Made by a program: the position numbers and the translations under genes
The notes under the pieces: generated by a model
Seen by the model: only the letters and a program-made list of their open reading frames with translations
What the model was told of the DNA's origin: nothing
The model's database searches: none
In this document: in pieces, positions 18,040 to 25,921 of the stretch
Layout: every line of letters begins with the position of its first letter
How positions within the stretch are numbered: position 1 is the first letter of the stretch
Virus record (IMG/VR): IMGVR_UViG_3300029092_000103
DNA: 64,000 nt
Reading direction: 5' to 3' (one strand)
From: a virus

Positions 18040-18531
18040 ATGAAAAATAAGATGAAAAGAAAGAAATACTACATCGCTTACGGCAATAGCCTGTCTGTAG
18101 GACAGATGATGCAGAGGTGTCCGGGGGCACAGATCGTGGGGCAAGCGGTGCTTGTGGGCTGGGAGCTTTTATTCCGGGGGTGCGCAACCATCGCACCGAA
18201 TCCGAAGAAAAACACACCGGCTCTGGTGTGGAAAATTTCGGAGAGGGATGAGAGGTGTCTCGATGCCTACGAGGGCTTTCCGCACAACTTCCGCAAGGAA
18301 TACTTGAGCATTGAACTGCTTCGTGAGGGTGCAGAACCGGAAATTGTGACTGCGATGACTTACATCATGGAGAAAGACTTCGGGTGCTGTGCGCCGAGTC
18401 CGTATTACTACAAAATCCTGAAAGACGGCTACAAGGCATTCCACTTCCCAATGCATATCCTCGAAGATGCGCTGAAGAAATGTAGGAGCGGAGAGGCCGG
18501 TCGGCAGATGAGCAAGGAGGGACAGAGATGA
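18040..18531 (+). CDS. Gamma-glutamyl cyclotransferase-like (AIG2/GGCT family) protein
   Basis: KKYYIAYGNSLSVGQM matches the YxxYGSNL GGCT signature. Confidence 0.6.
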   Translation: MKNKMKRKKYYIAYGNSLSVGQMMQRCPGAQIVGQAVLVGWELLFRGCATIAPNPKKNTPALVWKISERDERCLDAYEGFPHNFRKEYLSIELLREGAEPEIVTAMTYIMEKDFGCCAPSPYYYKILKDGYKAFHFPMHILEDALKKCRSGEAGRQMSKEGQR

Positions 18532-18986
18532 GTTGCCCTGATAGAAAGACAGTTGAACGCCTCCGGGCAGAATACCCGGTGGGATGCCGCATTGTCCTCG
18601 ATGAGATGGATGACAAACAGGCTCCGAAAATCGGAACGCAGGGAACCTGCATGGGAGTCGATGATGCCGGAAGCATTATGGTGTCGCGGGACAGCGGCGG
18701 CAGCTTGAATGTTGCCTACGGCGCGGACAGTTGCCACCGTGTGGCTTCGGAGGGAGAAATCAAGGAATCCCTCGACCACCTCGGTAAAACGCGACAGACC
18801 GGCCCACGCTGCCCTAGGTGCGGAGCAAAGCCGGACTGTTACGATCATCAGCAGCAGGCACTCAGCAGGAGGGCAGACATCCAAGTTTGTAACCGCTGTG
18901 GAAACATCGAAGCGATGGAAGATTTCGCTGGAAACAAGAGTCTGCTGGCAGACTGGGCAATTGTGAAAGCGGGGTGGGTCGAATGA
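18528..18986 (+). CDS. DUF4314-like N-terminal domain plus C-terminal Zn-ribbon protein
   Basis: VGCRIVLDEMDD...GTQGTCMGVDDAGSIMVSRDSGGSLNV, then CPRCG...CNRCG. Confidence 0.6.
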   Translation: MSCPDRKTVERLRAEYPVGCRIVLDEMDDKQAPKIGTQGTCMGVDDAGSIMVSRDSGGSLNVAYGADSCHRVASEGEIKESLDHLGKTRQTGPRCPRCGAKPDCYDHQQQALSRRADIQVCNRCGNIEAMEDFAGNKSLLADWAIVKAGWVE

Positions 18987-19354
18987 AAGTGCTTTTGATT
19001 AAGCCGATGGAACATCCGCAGGTGGTGGATATTGAGGATTCTCTGGATGAATTTTACCGCATCCTCGAATGTGACTGCATTACGGCAGCCTACCCTTGGG
19101 CAGACCGGGTTGCATTGGTGACGGATGACAATGGAGGATTCACCGAGAAGTCATTCAGCAGATACATCCCAGAACTGGAGCAGCCCATCAAGGGAAACTT
19201 CTTCCTTTGCGGACTGGGGGAGGAGAACTTCACAGAATTGCCGGAAAACCTCATCCGAAAATATACGGAACGCTTCTGGGGGCCGGAAGCATTCGTCAGT
19301 ATGTTCGGTCAGATGAGCATCATCCGGATGGATGACGGAACAAAGCCAGAATAA
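18974..19354 (+). CDS. DUF3846-like protein
   Basis: MKVLLIKPMEHPQVVDIEDSL...ILECDCITAA pattern. Commonly co-occurs with DUF4314 on Firmicutes mobile elements. Confidence 0.6.
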   Translation: MGRMKVLLIKPMEHPQVVDIEDSLDEFYRILECDCITAAYPWADRVALVTDDNGGFTEKSFSRYIPELEQPIKGNFFLCGLGEENFTELPENLIRKYTERFWGPEAFVSMFGQMSIIRMDDGTKPE

Positions 19355-19363
19355 GAAAAATAG

Positions 19364-19393
19364 CCCTCTCGGAAATCCGGGAGGGTTTGGTTT
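19364..19393 (+). terminator. Rho-independent terminator
   Basis: CCCTCTCGG-AAAT-CCGGGAGGG followed by TTTGGTTT. Confidence 0.65.
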
Positions 19394-19595
19394 GAGCTGA
19401 AATGGGGCCTCGAAATAACGAGATCCCTCTTCCAGTTTACTGTATCTTAACTCTGGATAGCAACAATAGCAAGCAGAACCGCTGCCATAATGTACACAAA
19501 CATCTGACAGTGGTTTTGTGTATCCGAACCAACGAAAGCGAAGGATACGAGGAACAGCCCCAGCTCATGCTGGGGAGTCCCTTTGGAAAATTTCT

Positions 19596-19841
19596 TTAGA
19601 AGAAATCCCTCATGCTCATGCCGACTTCGTTGAGCTGTTCCTCCATGCTGCGGTAGTGACATTCTTCCTCGGTTTCTTCTTCCTCAAGCTCCTCTGGGAA
19701 AGGGTCGTGCTTCCAGCCGCCTTTTCTGTATTCTTCTTCTCGGATGTCGTTGCGGTCGTAAATGTCCAGCTCATATTCTTCTTCAAGCTCTGCGATGCGT
19801 TCCTCGATGATGCTTTCAATTTCGGTAATGGTCTTTTTCAT
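19596..19841 (-). CDS. Small acidic hypothetical protein (81 aa) on the opposite strand
   Basis: The reverse complement has GGAGGA 7 nt before ATG (MKKTITEIESIIEERIAELEEEYELDIYD...). It is preferred over the hydrophobic plus-strand ORF 19518-19916. Confidence 0.45.
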   Translation of the reverse strand: MKKTITEIESIIEERIAELEEEYELDIYDRNDIREEEYRKGGWKHDPFPEELEEEETEEECHYRSMEEQLNEVGMSMRDFF

Positions 19842-19989
19842 GGTCTGTATCCTCCGTTTTCGTTTGTTTTTCTTTGCTTTCGTTGTGTGTATAATGCCGC
19901 AGAAACACATATATAGCAAGCAAATTCGGAGGCATATATGTACCAAACATGGCATTGAATCCTTGTCGATAATATGAGGTTTTATGGCC

Positions 19990-20018
19990 TTGCTATTATC
20001 CGGCTCTGACGGTAATAT
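19990..20018 (+). promoter_or_regulatory. Promoter-family copy P1 (TTGCTA-N17-TAATAT)
   Basis: ggccTTGCTAttatccggctctgacggTAATATagg. Confidence 0.5.
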
Positions 20019-20049
20019 AGGCACACCGAACCGGAAAGGAGAAATGAAC

Positions 20050-20256
20050 ATGGAACGGTATACCTACGAAATTGCCTTTACGCGGCTGGATGGCCAGCTC
20101 GATGGGGCGCAGCAGTTCACGGATGAGGCTTATGCAAGAGAACTCCTCCGGATTTTTGATGATCCAGACTGTGCAGAGTTCTACAGCCGCATCCAGCTGA
20201 CCCGCCATGACAGGAAAACCGGTGCAGATGAAATTTTGGAAACCCTGAATTTTTGA
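20050..20256 (+). CDS. Hypothetical small protein (68 aa)
   Basis: AAAGGAG lies 9 nt before ATG 20050. Confidence 0.5.
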   Translation: MERYTYEIAFTRLDGQLDGAQQFTDEAYARELLRIFDDPDCAEFYSRIQLTRHDRKTGADEILETLNF

Positions 20257-20263
20257 GGAGGAT

Positions 20264-20812
20264 ATGAACATGGAAAAGAAATGGAACAAGACCCGCTTAA
20301 ATGCGCTGGCGGCAGATTTTGACAATGTGGCATCCCGCTGCCAGATGGTGCAGGAGTTCGGAAATTACCCGGATGCCCTGTGGGGTGAAAATGAAAACGG
20401 GGAGAAAGTAATGCTCAGCATCTGCAAGGACGGAATCACCGCGCGTGTATTCCAGAAAAATCAATGGGTGCGCGTCAACGAGTATGATGCCAAAGGGTAT
20501 ATGACCGGCGAAACCTATGAGGGCCGTTGGGCAGAACTGCCGAAGGCTGCGGAGGCGGAATCAACAGAGGACTTGAAACTTTCAGATGAGCAGACTGCCC
20601 GGAACGATGAAGTCTACAACGCTGCCTATGATTTTTGCAAGATCATGGCAGAGGATGAGAACCTCGAATGGAATATGGAGATACTTGGACAGCTGGCAGA
20701 TTTCGCCGCAGAGCTTCTGACCGGCCACGGCAGCAAGGTGCGGTACCCGTCTGTGGTGACCGAGCCGGATGGCAGGCAGCATATCGAGGAATTTTATGGG
20801 GTGGGAGATTAA
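20264..20812 (+). CDS. Hypothetical protein (182 aa)
   Basis: GAGGAGGA RBS upstream. Confidence 0.6.
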   Translation: MNMEKKWNKTRLNALAADFDNVASRCQMVQEFGNYPDALWGENENGEKVMLSICKDGITARVFQKNQWVRVNEYDAKGYMTGETYEGRWAELPKAAEAESTEDLKLSDEQTARNDEVYNAAYDFCKIMAEDENLEWNMEILGQLADFAAELLTGHGSKVRYPSVVTEPDGRQHIEEFYGVGD

Positions 20813-20858
20813 CACATCTGCCCGAATATCCGGCTGAATGATCGTGTACATTAGCCGC

Positions 20859-20887
20859 TTGCTATGATCCGCATAAGACGGTAACAT
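20859..20887 (+). promoter_or_regulatory. Promoter-family copy P2 (TTGCTA-N17-TAACAT) with the upstream box ATCGTGTACATTAGCCGC
   Basis: Read from the sequence. Confidence 0.5.
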
Positions 20888-20918
20888 ACAGCTACCAAAA
20901 CGAAAGGGGAACACGAAT

Positions 20919-21179
20919 ATGACTTACACGAAAATCAATCTTTATCTGGACAGCGGAATCCCGGAGGCACTCAGCAACCTTTGGTATGGCACCGACAGTT
21001 CGGTGGTGGAAATTAGGGACGCCGTTGAGGATGCGAAAAACGGCGAGGATTTGCTGAACCGCATCCAGAAGATGAAGCTCCTGCGGAAGTTTACCCTCGA
21101 CCGGGAAAATGAGAAGCGAGTGCGGCTGAAAGCCACCGACTTCTGCGGAAACATCAGCTACCTCGAAATCATCCGATAA
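20919..21179 (+). CDS. Hypothetical protein (86 aa)
   Basis: RBS AAAGGGGAA. Followed by the hairpin GGCTGGAACCGACCAGCC and a T-run at about 21203-21230. Confidence 0.55.
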   Translation: MTYTKINLYLDSGIPEALSNLWYGTDSSVVEIRDAVEDAKNGEDLLNRIQKMKLLRKFTLDRENEKRVRLKATDFCGNISYLEIIR

Positions 21180-21308
21180 GAACAAGACCGACAGGCGCAA
21201 GGGGCTGGAACCGACCAGCCTTTTGCTCGTGTCTGTCTTCCGAAAGATGGCATAAAAAGCACATAAATATGACGATTACGGGGCTGAATAATCGTGTAGT
21301 ATAGCCGC

Positions 21309-21337
21309 TTGATAGTGTGCCAAGGTGACGGTAATAT
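21309..21337 (+). promoter_or_regulatory. Promoter-family copy P3 (TTGATA-N17-TAATAT) with the upstream box ATCGTGTAGTATAGCCGC
   Basis: Read from the sequence. Confidence 0.5.
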
Positions 21338-21389
21338 ACAGTCACCGAAAGGGAAAACCACAGAACAACGTAAAATGGAGGACACGACA

Positions 21390-21803
21390 ATGACGAAGAA
21401 TGAAGAGCGGCTGAGCAAACTTTTTAATGAGCTGGTACCGGACATGGGCAAGGCAGACAGCCTCGCAGGGGAGCTGGTCAGAGCCATTAACCGAATCGGA
21501 TACCGATTCTGCAACGATGGCGACATGGTTAACCAGGGATACGGCAAGGAAACCTGCAACGCTCCGGCTCGATTCCTGATGGCCAAGGGCAACCACGAAA
21601 TTGCAGACCTGACGGTCGCCCTTTGGGAGATTTTCAGCGAGGATGCCTACGAAAAGGTGATGGACACCCTTGAGGGAGCAGTTGCCGACTACATCGAGCA
21701 GAACCCAGACCTCCGCAGCCAGCCGACCGAGGATATGTGGAGCTTCTTCGATGAGGAAGAGGACAAGGATGACAGCTGGATGGAAGAGGAAGAATACTAC
21801 TAA
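21390..21803 (+). CDS. Hypothetical protein (137 aa)
   Basis: GGAGGA lies 7 nt before ATG 21390. Confidence 0.55.
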   Translation: MTKNEERLSKLFNELVPDMGKADSLAGELVRAINRIGYRFCNDGDMVNQGYGKETCNAPARFLMAKGNHEIADLTVALWEIFSEDAYEKVMDTLEGAVADYIEQNPDLRSQPTEDMWSFFDEEEDKDDSWMEEEEYY

Positions 21804-21900
21804 ACTAGAGAAATACACGGGGCTTGCCGGAAACGGTGGCCCTTTTCTTCTGCCATAATTACCACAAATCTGGTGCTGCGTCTTTGTGTAGTATGGCCGC

Positions 21901-21929
21901 TTGATAATGTGCCAAAGTGACGGTAATAT
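21901..21929 (+). promoter_or_regulatory. Promoter-family copy P4 (TTGATA-N17-TAATAT)
   Basis: Read from the sequence. Confidence 0.5.
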
Positions 21930-21973
21930 GCACATACCGAAACGGAAAACGAAGAAAAACGGAGGAAACTACC

Positions 21974-22165
21974 ATGAAGAAGAACATCACCAAGACCGAA
22001 GAAAAAGCCCTGCTGGAGATTGCCAAGCGTCTGATGGCATCGGTGGACAGCCGCGGCGACCTCGAAGAACACGGATGTGACAGCGAGGACTTCATTGAAG
22101 TGTCCGTCTGGAGTCTCAAGAAAACGCTGGAAGAAGCCTACCAGCTTGGCAAGGCAAAACGCTAA
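21974..22165 (+). CDS. Hypothetical small protein (63 aa)
   Basis: GGAGGA lies 7 nt before ATG 21974. Confidence 0.45.
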   Translation: MKKNITKTEEKALLEIAKRLMASVDSRGDLEEHGCDSEDFIEVSVWSLKKTLEEAYQLGKAKR

Positions 22166-22238
22166 GCCCAGACAGCCCGACACAGCCCCACAGAGGGGCA
22201 GGTGTGGCGGCGTGGAATGCGCCGGGAGGGAGAAGCAC

Positions 22239-22484
22239 ATGGACGATATGATGATGGAGCTTATTGCGAAGATCTATGGTTATATGGACGATGCGGAAAA
22301 AGCCAGCTTTACGCTGGAGGCTGCCAAAGAGATGGTCGAAGACCAAATCCAAATTGATAAGGATCACGGTCGGAAACCGCTGGAGTACGACCCTGAACTT
22401 TTCTACGATACCATGCGAGTTTATCCGGCAGGATGCAGAGGACGAGGATTGACGTACATTCTGCCCGGTATTCCGGGCAGATGA
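22239..22484 (+). CDS. Hypothetical small protein (81 aa)
   Basis: GGGAGGGAGAAG precedes ATG 22239. The 3' end contains the hairpin CTGCCCGGTATTCCGGGCAG. Confidence 0.45.
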   Translation: MDDMMMELIAKIYGYMDDAEKASFTLEAAKEMVEDQIQIDKDHGRKPLEYDPELFYDTMRVYPAGCRGRGLTYILPGIPGR

Positions 22485-22501
22485 TCGTGTAGTATAGCCG
22501 C

Positions 22502-22530
22502 TTGCTATCCTCCGCACAGGACGGTAATAT
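22502..22530 (+). promoter_or_regulatory. Promoter-family copy P5 (TTGCTA-N17-TAATAT)
   Basis: Read from the sequence. Confidence 0.5.
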
Positions 22531-22586
22531 ACAGTCACACCGAGAGGGAAAACCCTACGGAAAAACAAAAACACGGAGGATTTACC

Positions 22587-22871
22587 ATGAAAAAGCACCT
22601 GATTAACTTCCCCGACAACGGCATCAGCATCGAGAGCTACTACGATCGGCTTAGCCCCTGCAACGACAGCATCATGCAGTTCGGCGACCGAGTCCTGGTT
22701 GCCAAGACGAACTGGAAAGGCAGCGTGGAGGCTGCGGTGTACGGTTTCGCAGAAGACCCCAAGGAAGGGCTTTCGGAGATTGAGTGCCGACTGGAACTTC
22801 TGAAGATTTCCGATGAAACCTACGCTGATGCCGGACACGCAATAGAGTGGTGCATTAAGAATGCACACTGA
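22587..22871 (+). CDS. Hypothetical protein (94 aa)
   Basis: GGAGGAT RBS upstream. A terminator-like hairpin follows. Confidence 0.5.
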   Translation: MKKHLINFPDNGISIESYYDRLSPCNDSIMQFGDRVLVAKTNWKGSVEAAVYGFAEDPKEGLSEIECRLELLKISDETYADAGHAIEWCIKNAH

Positions 22872-22987
22872 AAAATGGGCAGGGCTCCCGAACGGGGGCT
22901 TTTGCTCGTTGTGGTGAAAATACGCTGTGTCAGAAATACACATAAATCCGACAAATGCCGGCGCAGATAATCGTGCAGCATAGCCGC

Positions 22988-23016
22988 TTGCTATATCCCG
23001 GCAGCGACGGTAATAT
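22988..23016 (+). promoter_or_regulatory. Promoter-family copy P6 (TTGCTA-N17-TAATAT)
   Basis: Read from the sequence. Confidence 0.5.
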
Positions 23017-23074
23017 ACAGTCATACCAAGGGGAACAGCCCCAAAGAAAGTAAAACACACGGAGGAAACAAACC

Positions 23075-23452
23075 ATGATGAAGAAAGCCAAGACCTACCT
23101 TGCCAGCATTCAGACGGCTACCACTGAGCGTGAACTGACCGGCATCGAAATCAAGTTCAAGCAGGATGTGAGCATCGACTGGGATGACATCAGTAAACTT
23201 TGCAGGGCAGCAGATGACCGGAGGTACATCCTGCGAAATAAGGTGGACACCATCCAGCTCAAGGAAATCCTGTTCAAGAGGACAGGAGCCGAGATGGATG
23301 CCTATCACGACATGAGCCGCAAGCCGGAAAGCTGGTCGGCAGAGGAAATCGAGAAGCAGCGGATTCGCTTCTGTGCAGTCTGGCAGGTTATTGAAGAAGC
23401 GGAGCTGGTCGATGAGTACGAGGTTTGGAAAGCAACCAACTTCAATGCCTAA
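23075..23452 (+). CDS. Hypothetical protein (125 aa)
   Basis: GGAGGAAAC RBS upstream. Followed by the GCCCC-GAAA-GGGGC hairpin. Confidence 0.55.
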   Translation: MMKKAKTYLASIQTATTERELTGIEIKFKQDVSIDWDDISKLCRAADDRRYILRNKVDTIQLKEILFKRTGAEMDAYHDMSRKPESWSAEEIEKQRIRFCAVWQVIEEAELVDEYEVWKATNFNA

Positions 23453-23576
23453 CATCTAAAGGACACATGCCCCGAAAGGGGCTGTGCCTCGTATCCGATG
23501 TGTTTTATATAGATTACAAGGACTTCTTCGGAGGTTCTTTTCTTTTACCCATTTTTGAGGAGAGGAGGGGAAGCCA

Positions 23577-24056
23577 ATGGCTACCAGAGGCAGAAAACCA
23601 AAGCCGACCGCTATGAAAGAACTGGAAGGCAATCCGGGCAAGCATCCGCTGAATACCAGCGAACCGAAGCCCAATAAGAAAGCACCGGCCTGTCCGAAGT
23701 GGCTGGAGCCGGAAGCGAAAAAAGAGTGGCGCAGACTTGCCAAGCAGATGGAAGCCATCGGCATCCTGACCGAAGTGGATATGGCAGCCTTCGCCGGTTA
23801 CTGTCAGGCGTATGCCCGGTGGAAAGAGGCTGAGGAATTCATCACTCAGCACGGCACCATCGTCAAGACCCCGTCCGGATACTGGCAGCAAGTGCCGCAG
23901 GTGTCTATCGCACAGACTTATCTGAAAATCATGAATAAGTTCGCAGAGCAGTTCGGCCTGACCCCGTCCTCTCGAAGCAGGATCATTGCTTCGGATGGTG
24001 GCCCGGCGGATGCAAACGATGAGATGGAGAATTTGCTGGGAGGAGACGGCAGTTGA
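23577..24056 (+). CDS. terS: Terminase small subunit (P27 family)
   Basis: RGRKPKPTAMKELEGNPGK...EAKKEWRRLAKQMEAIGILTEVDMAAFAGYCQAYARWKEAEEF is the P27-family signature. Confidence 0.8.
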   Translation: MATRGRKPKPTAMKELEGNPGKHPLNTSEPKPNKKAPACPKWLEPEAKKEWRRLAKQMEAIGILTEVDMAAFAGYCQAYARWKEAEEFITQHGTIVKTPSGYWQQVPQVSIAQTYLKIMNKFAEQFGLTPSSRSRIIASDGGPADANDEMENLLGGDGS

Positions 24057-25681
24057 TGGCAGAAACAAGACCAAAGAATTATCCGAAACTGAAAGATTAC
24101 AAGCCCAGTCGGTTCATGCTCTCGACCTGTCACTACGATGTAGCTAAAGCAGACCGGGCGGTAACTTTCATTGAAAACCTGCGTCATACCAAAGGCAAAT
24201 GGGCCGGGAAGCGGTTCTGGCTGCTTCCTTGGCAGGAGCAGATCATCCGGGATGTGTTTGGCATCGTGGATGAAAGAGGAAACCGTCAGTTCCGCACAGC
24301 GTATGTCGAAATCGGAAAGAAAAACGGCAAGTCCGAACTTGCCGCTGCGGTGGCTCTGTATCTGCTTTTTGCCGACAACGAACCCTCTGCGGAAGTCTAT
24401 GGTGCTGCAGCAGACCGTCAACAGGCATCCATCGTTTTCGATGTTGCCCACCAGATGGTGCAGATGACCCCGGCACTGCTGAAGCGGTGCAAGATTATGG
24501 CAGCCACCAAGCGCATTGTGAACTACGGCAACGCAGGATTCTACCAAGTCCTGTCTGCTGAAGTTGGTACAAAGCATGGCTTGAATGTGTCCGGACTCGT
24601 TCTGGATGAAGTTCACGCCCAGCCCAACCGCAAGCTCTATGATGTTCTTACCAAAGGTTCCGGTGATGCCCGTGAACAGCCATTGTTCTTCCTGATCACC
24701 ACGGCCGGCACGGACAAGGAAAGCATCTGCTACGAACTGCACATGAAAGCCCTTGATCTACTGGCCGGCCGCAAGATAGACCACACCTTTTACCCGGTGG
24801 TCTACGGTCTGACCGATGAGGATGACTGGCATGATGAAGCCAACTGGTATAAGGCAAATCCATCCCTCGGACAGACCATCCAGATCCAGCGTGTCCGGGA
24901 TGCCTATCAGGAGGCTCTGGACAATCCGGCAGAGGAGAATGTATTCAAACAGCTTCGTCTGAATATGTGGGTGTCCTCGCTGACCCGGTTTATCCCGGAA
25001 CACATCTACAACCTTGGCAACCAGCCAATCGATATGGAGGCCCTCAAAGGCCGTGACTGTTATGGAGGTCTGGACTTGTCCAGCACCGGAGACATCACGG
25101 CTTTTGTGTTGATTTTTCCACCGAGAGTTCCAGAAGAAAAGTACATCATGCTTCCGTTCTTCTGGATTCCGGAGGATACGATTCCACAGCGTGTGCGTAG
25201 AGCATCCGTTCCGTATGATATCTGGTATCAGCAGGGCTACCTGATAGCGACCGAGGGCAATGTGATTCACTACGGCTTTATCGAAAAAGTCATCGAAGAA
25301 CTGGGCAAGACCTATCACATTAAAGAAATCGCCTTTGACCGATGGGGAGCGGTGCAGATGACCCAGAACCTTGAAGGGATGGGCTTTACGGTCGTTCCTT
25401 TCGGCCAGGGATTCAAAGATATGAGCCCTCCCACCAAGGAGTTTTACAAGCTCCTGATGGAAGGACGAATCATCCACGGTGGCAACCCGGTTATGGCATG
25501 GATGGCCGGCAATGTGGTCGTGGACACCGACCCGGCGGGCAACATCAAGCCGACCAAGGCAAAGTCGCCGGAGAAGATTGATGGTATCGTCGCTGCGATC
25601 ATGGCACTGGACCGCTGCATCCGGAACGAAGGACAGCAGCAGGAAAGCGTTTATGACGAACGTGACATGATCGTTTTTTGA
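24053..25681 (+). CDS. terL: Terminase large subunit
   Basis: Terminase_1-like N-terminal ATPase (WAGKRFWLLPWQEQIIRDVFG), Walker B LVLDEVHAQ, and a C-terminal nuclease region. Confidence 0.9.
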   Translation: MMAETRPKNYPKLKDYKPSRFMLSTCHYDVAKADRAVTFIENLRHTKGKWAGKRFWLLPWQEQIIRDVFGIVDERGNRQFRTAYVEIGKKNGKSELAAAVALYLLFADNEPSAEVYGAAADRQQASIVFDVAHQMVQMTPALLKRCKIMAATKRIVNYGNAGFYQVLSAEVGTKHGLNVSGLVLDEVHAQPNRKLYDVLTKGSGDAREQPLFFLITTAGTDKESICYELHMKALDLLAGRKIDHTFYPVVYGLTDEDDWHDEANWYKANPSLGQTIQIQRVRDAYQEALDNPAEENVFKQLRLNMWVSSLTRFIPEHIYNLGNQPIDMEALKGRDCYGGLDLSSTGDITAFVLIFPPRVPEEKYIMLPFFWIPEDTIPQRVRRASVPYDIWYQQGYLIATEGNVIHYGFIEKVIEELGKTYHIKEIAFDRWGAVQMTQNLEGMGFTVVPFGQGFKDMSPPTKEFYKLLMEGRIIHGGNPVMAWMAGNVVVDTDPAGNIKPTKAKSPEKIDGIVAAIMALDRCIRNEGQQQESVYDERDMIVF

Positions 25682-25705
25682 TATGAAAATTTGGAGGAAA
25701 AAGCT

Positions 25706-25921
25706 ATGAAGTATCTGATGAGTGCAGAATGGTGGAAGGCAGCCGGCATCCGTGCTGCAAAGACGATGTTCCAGACCGGCGCGGCCCTGGTCGTAACACA
25801 GCTTCCCGGTGGAAGCGTGGACTGGGTGGCAATCGGCAGTGCCGCAATCGTGGCCGGCGTTGCTTCACTTGGCACCAGCCTTGCTGGTCTGCCGGAGCTG
25901 GAGAAGGGAGATAATGCCTGA
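25706..25921 (+). CDS. LL-H family holin-like small membrane protein (71 aa)
   Basis: WWKAAGIRAAKTMFQTGAALVVTQ...VDWVAIGSAAIVAGVASLGTSLAGLPE resembles LL-H holin proteins. GGAGGA RBS upstream. Confidence 0.5.
   Translation: MKYLMSAEWWKAAGIRAAKTMFQTGAALVVTQLPGGSVDWVAIGSAAIVAGVASLGTSLAGLPELEKGDNA

Noticed and set aside
19518-19916. 132-aa plus-strand ORF
   Set aside because: Hydrophobic, low-complexity product with no RBS. The minus-strand gene at 19596-19841, which has GGAGGA-N7-ATG, is preferred.
17865-23016. Possible CRISPR-like or mobile-element terminal repeats for the recurring ~60-bp block
   Set aside because: Each copy has precise -35/-10 hexamer geometry (N17) and sits 30-60 bp upstream of an RBS and ATG. 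Intervening sequences are protein-coding genes of different lengths and not spacers.
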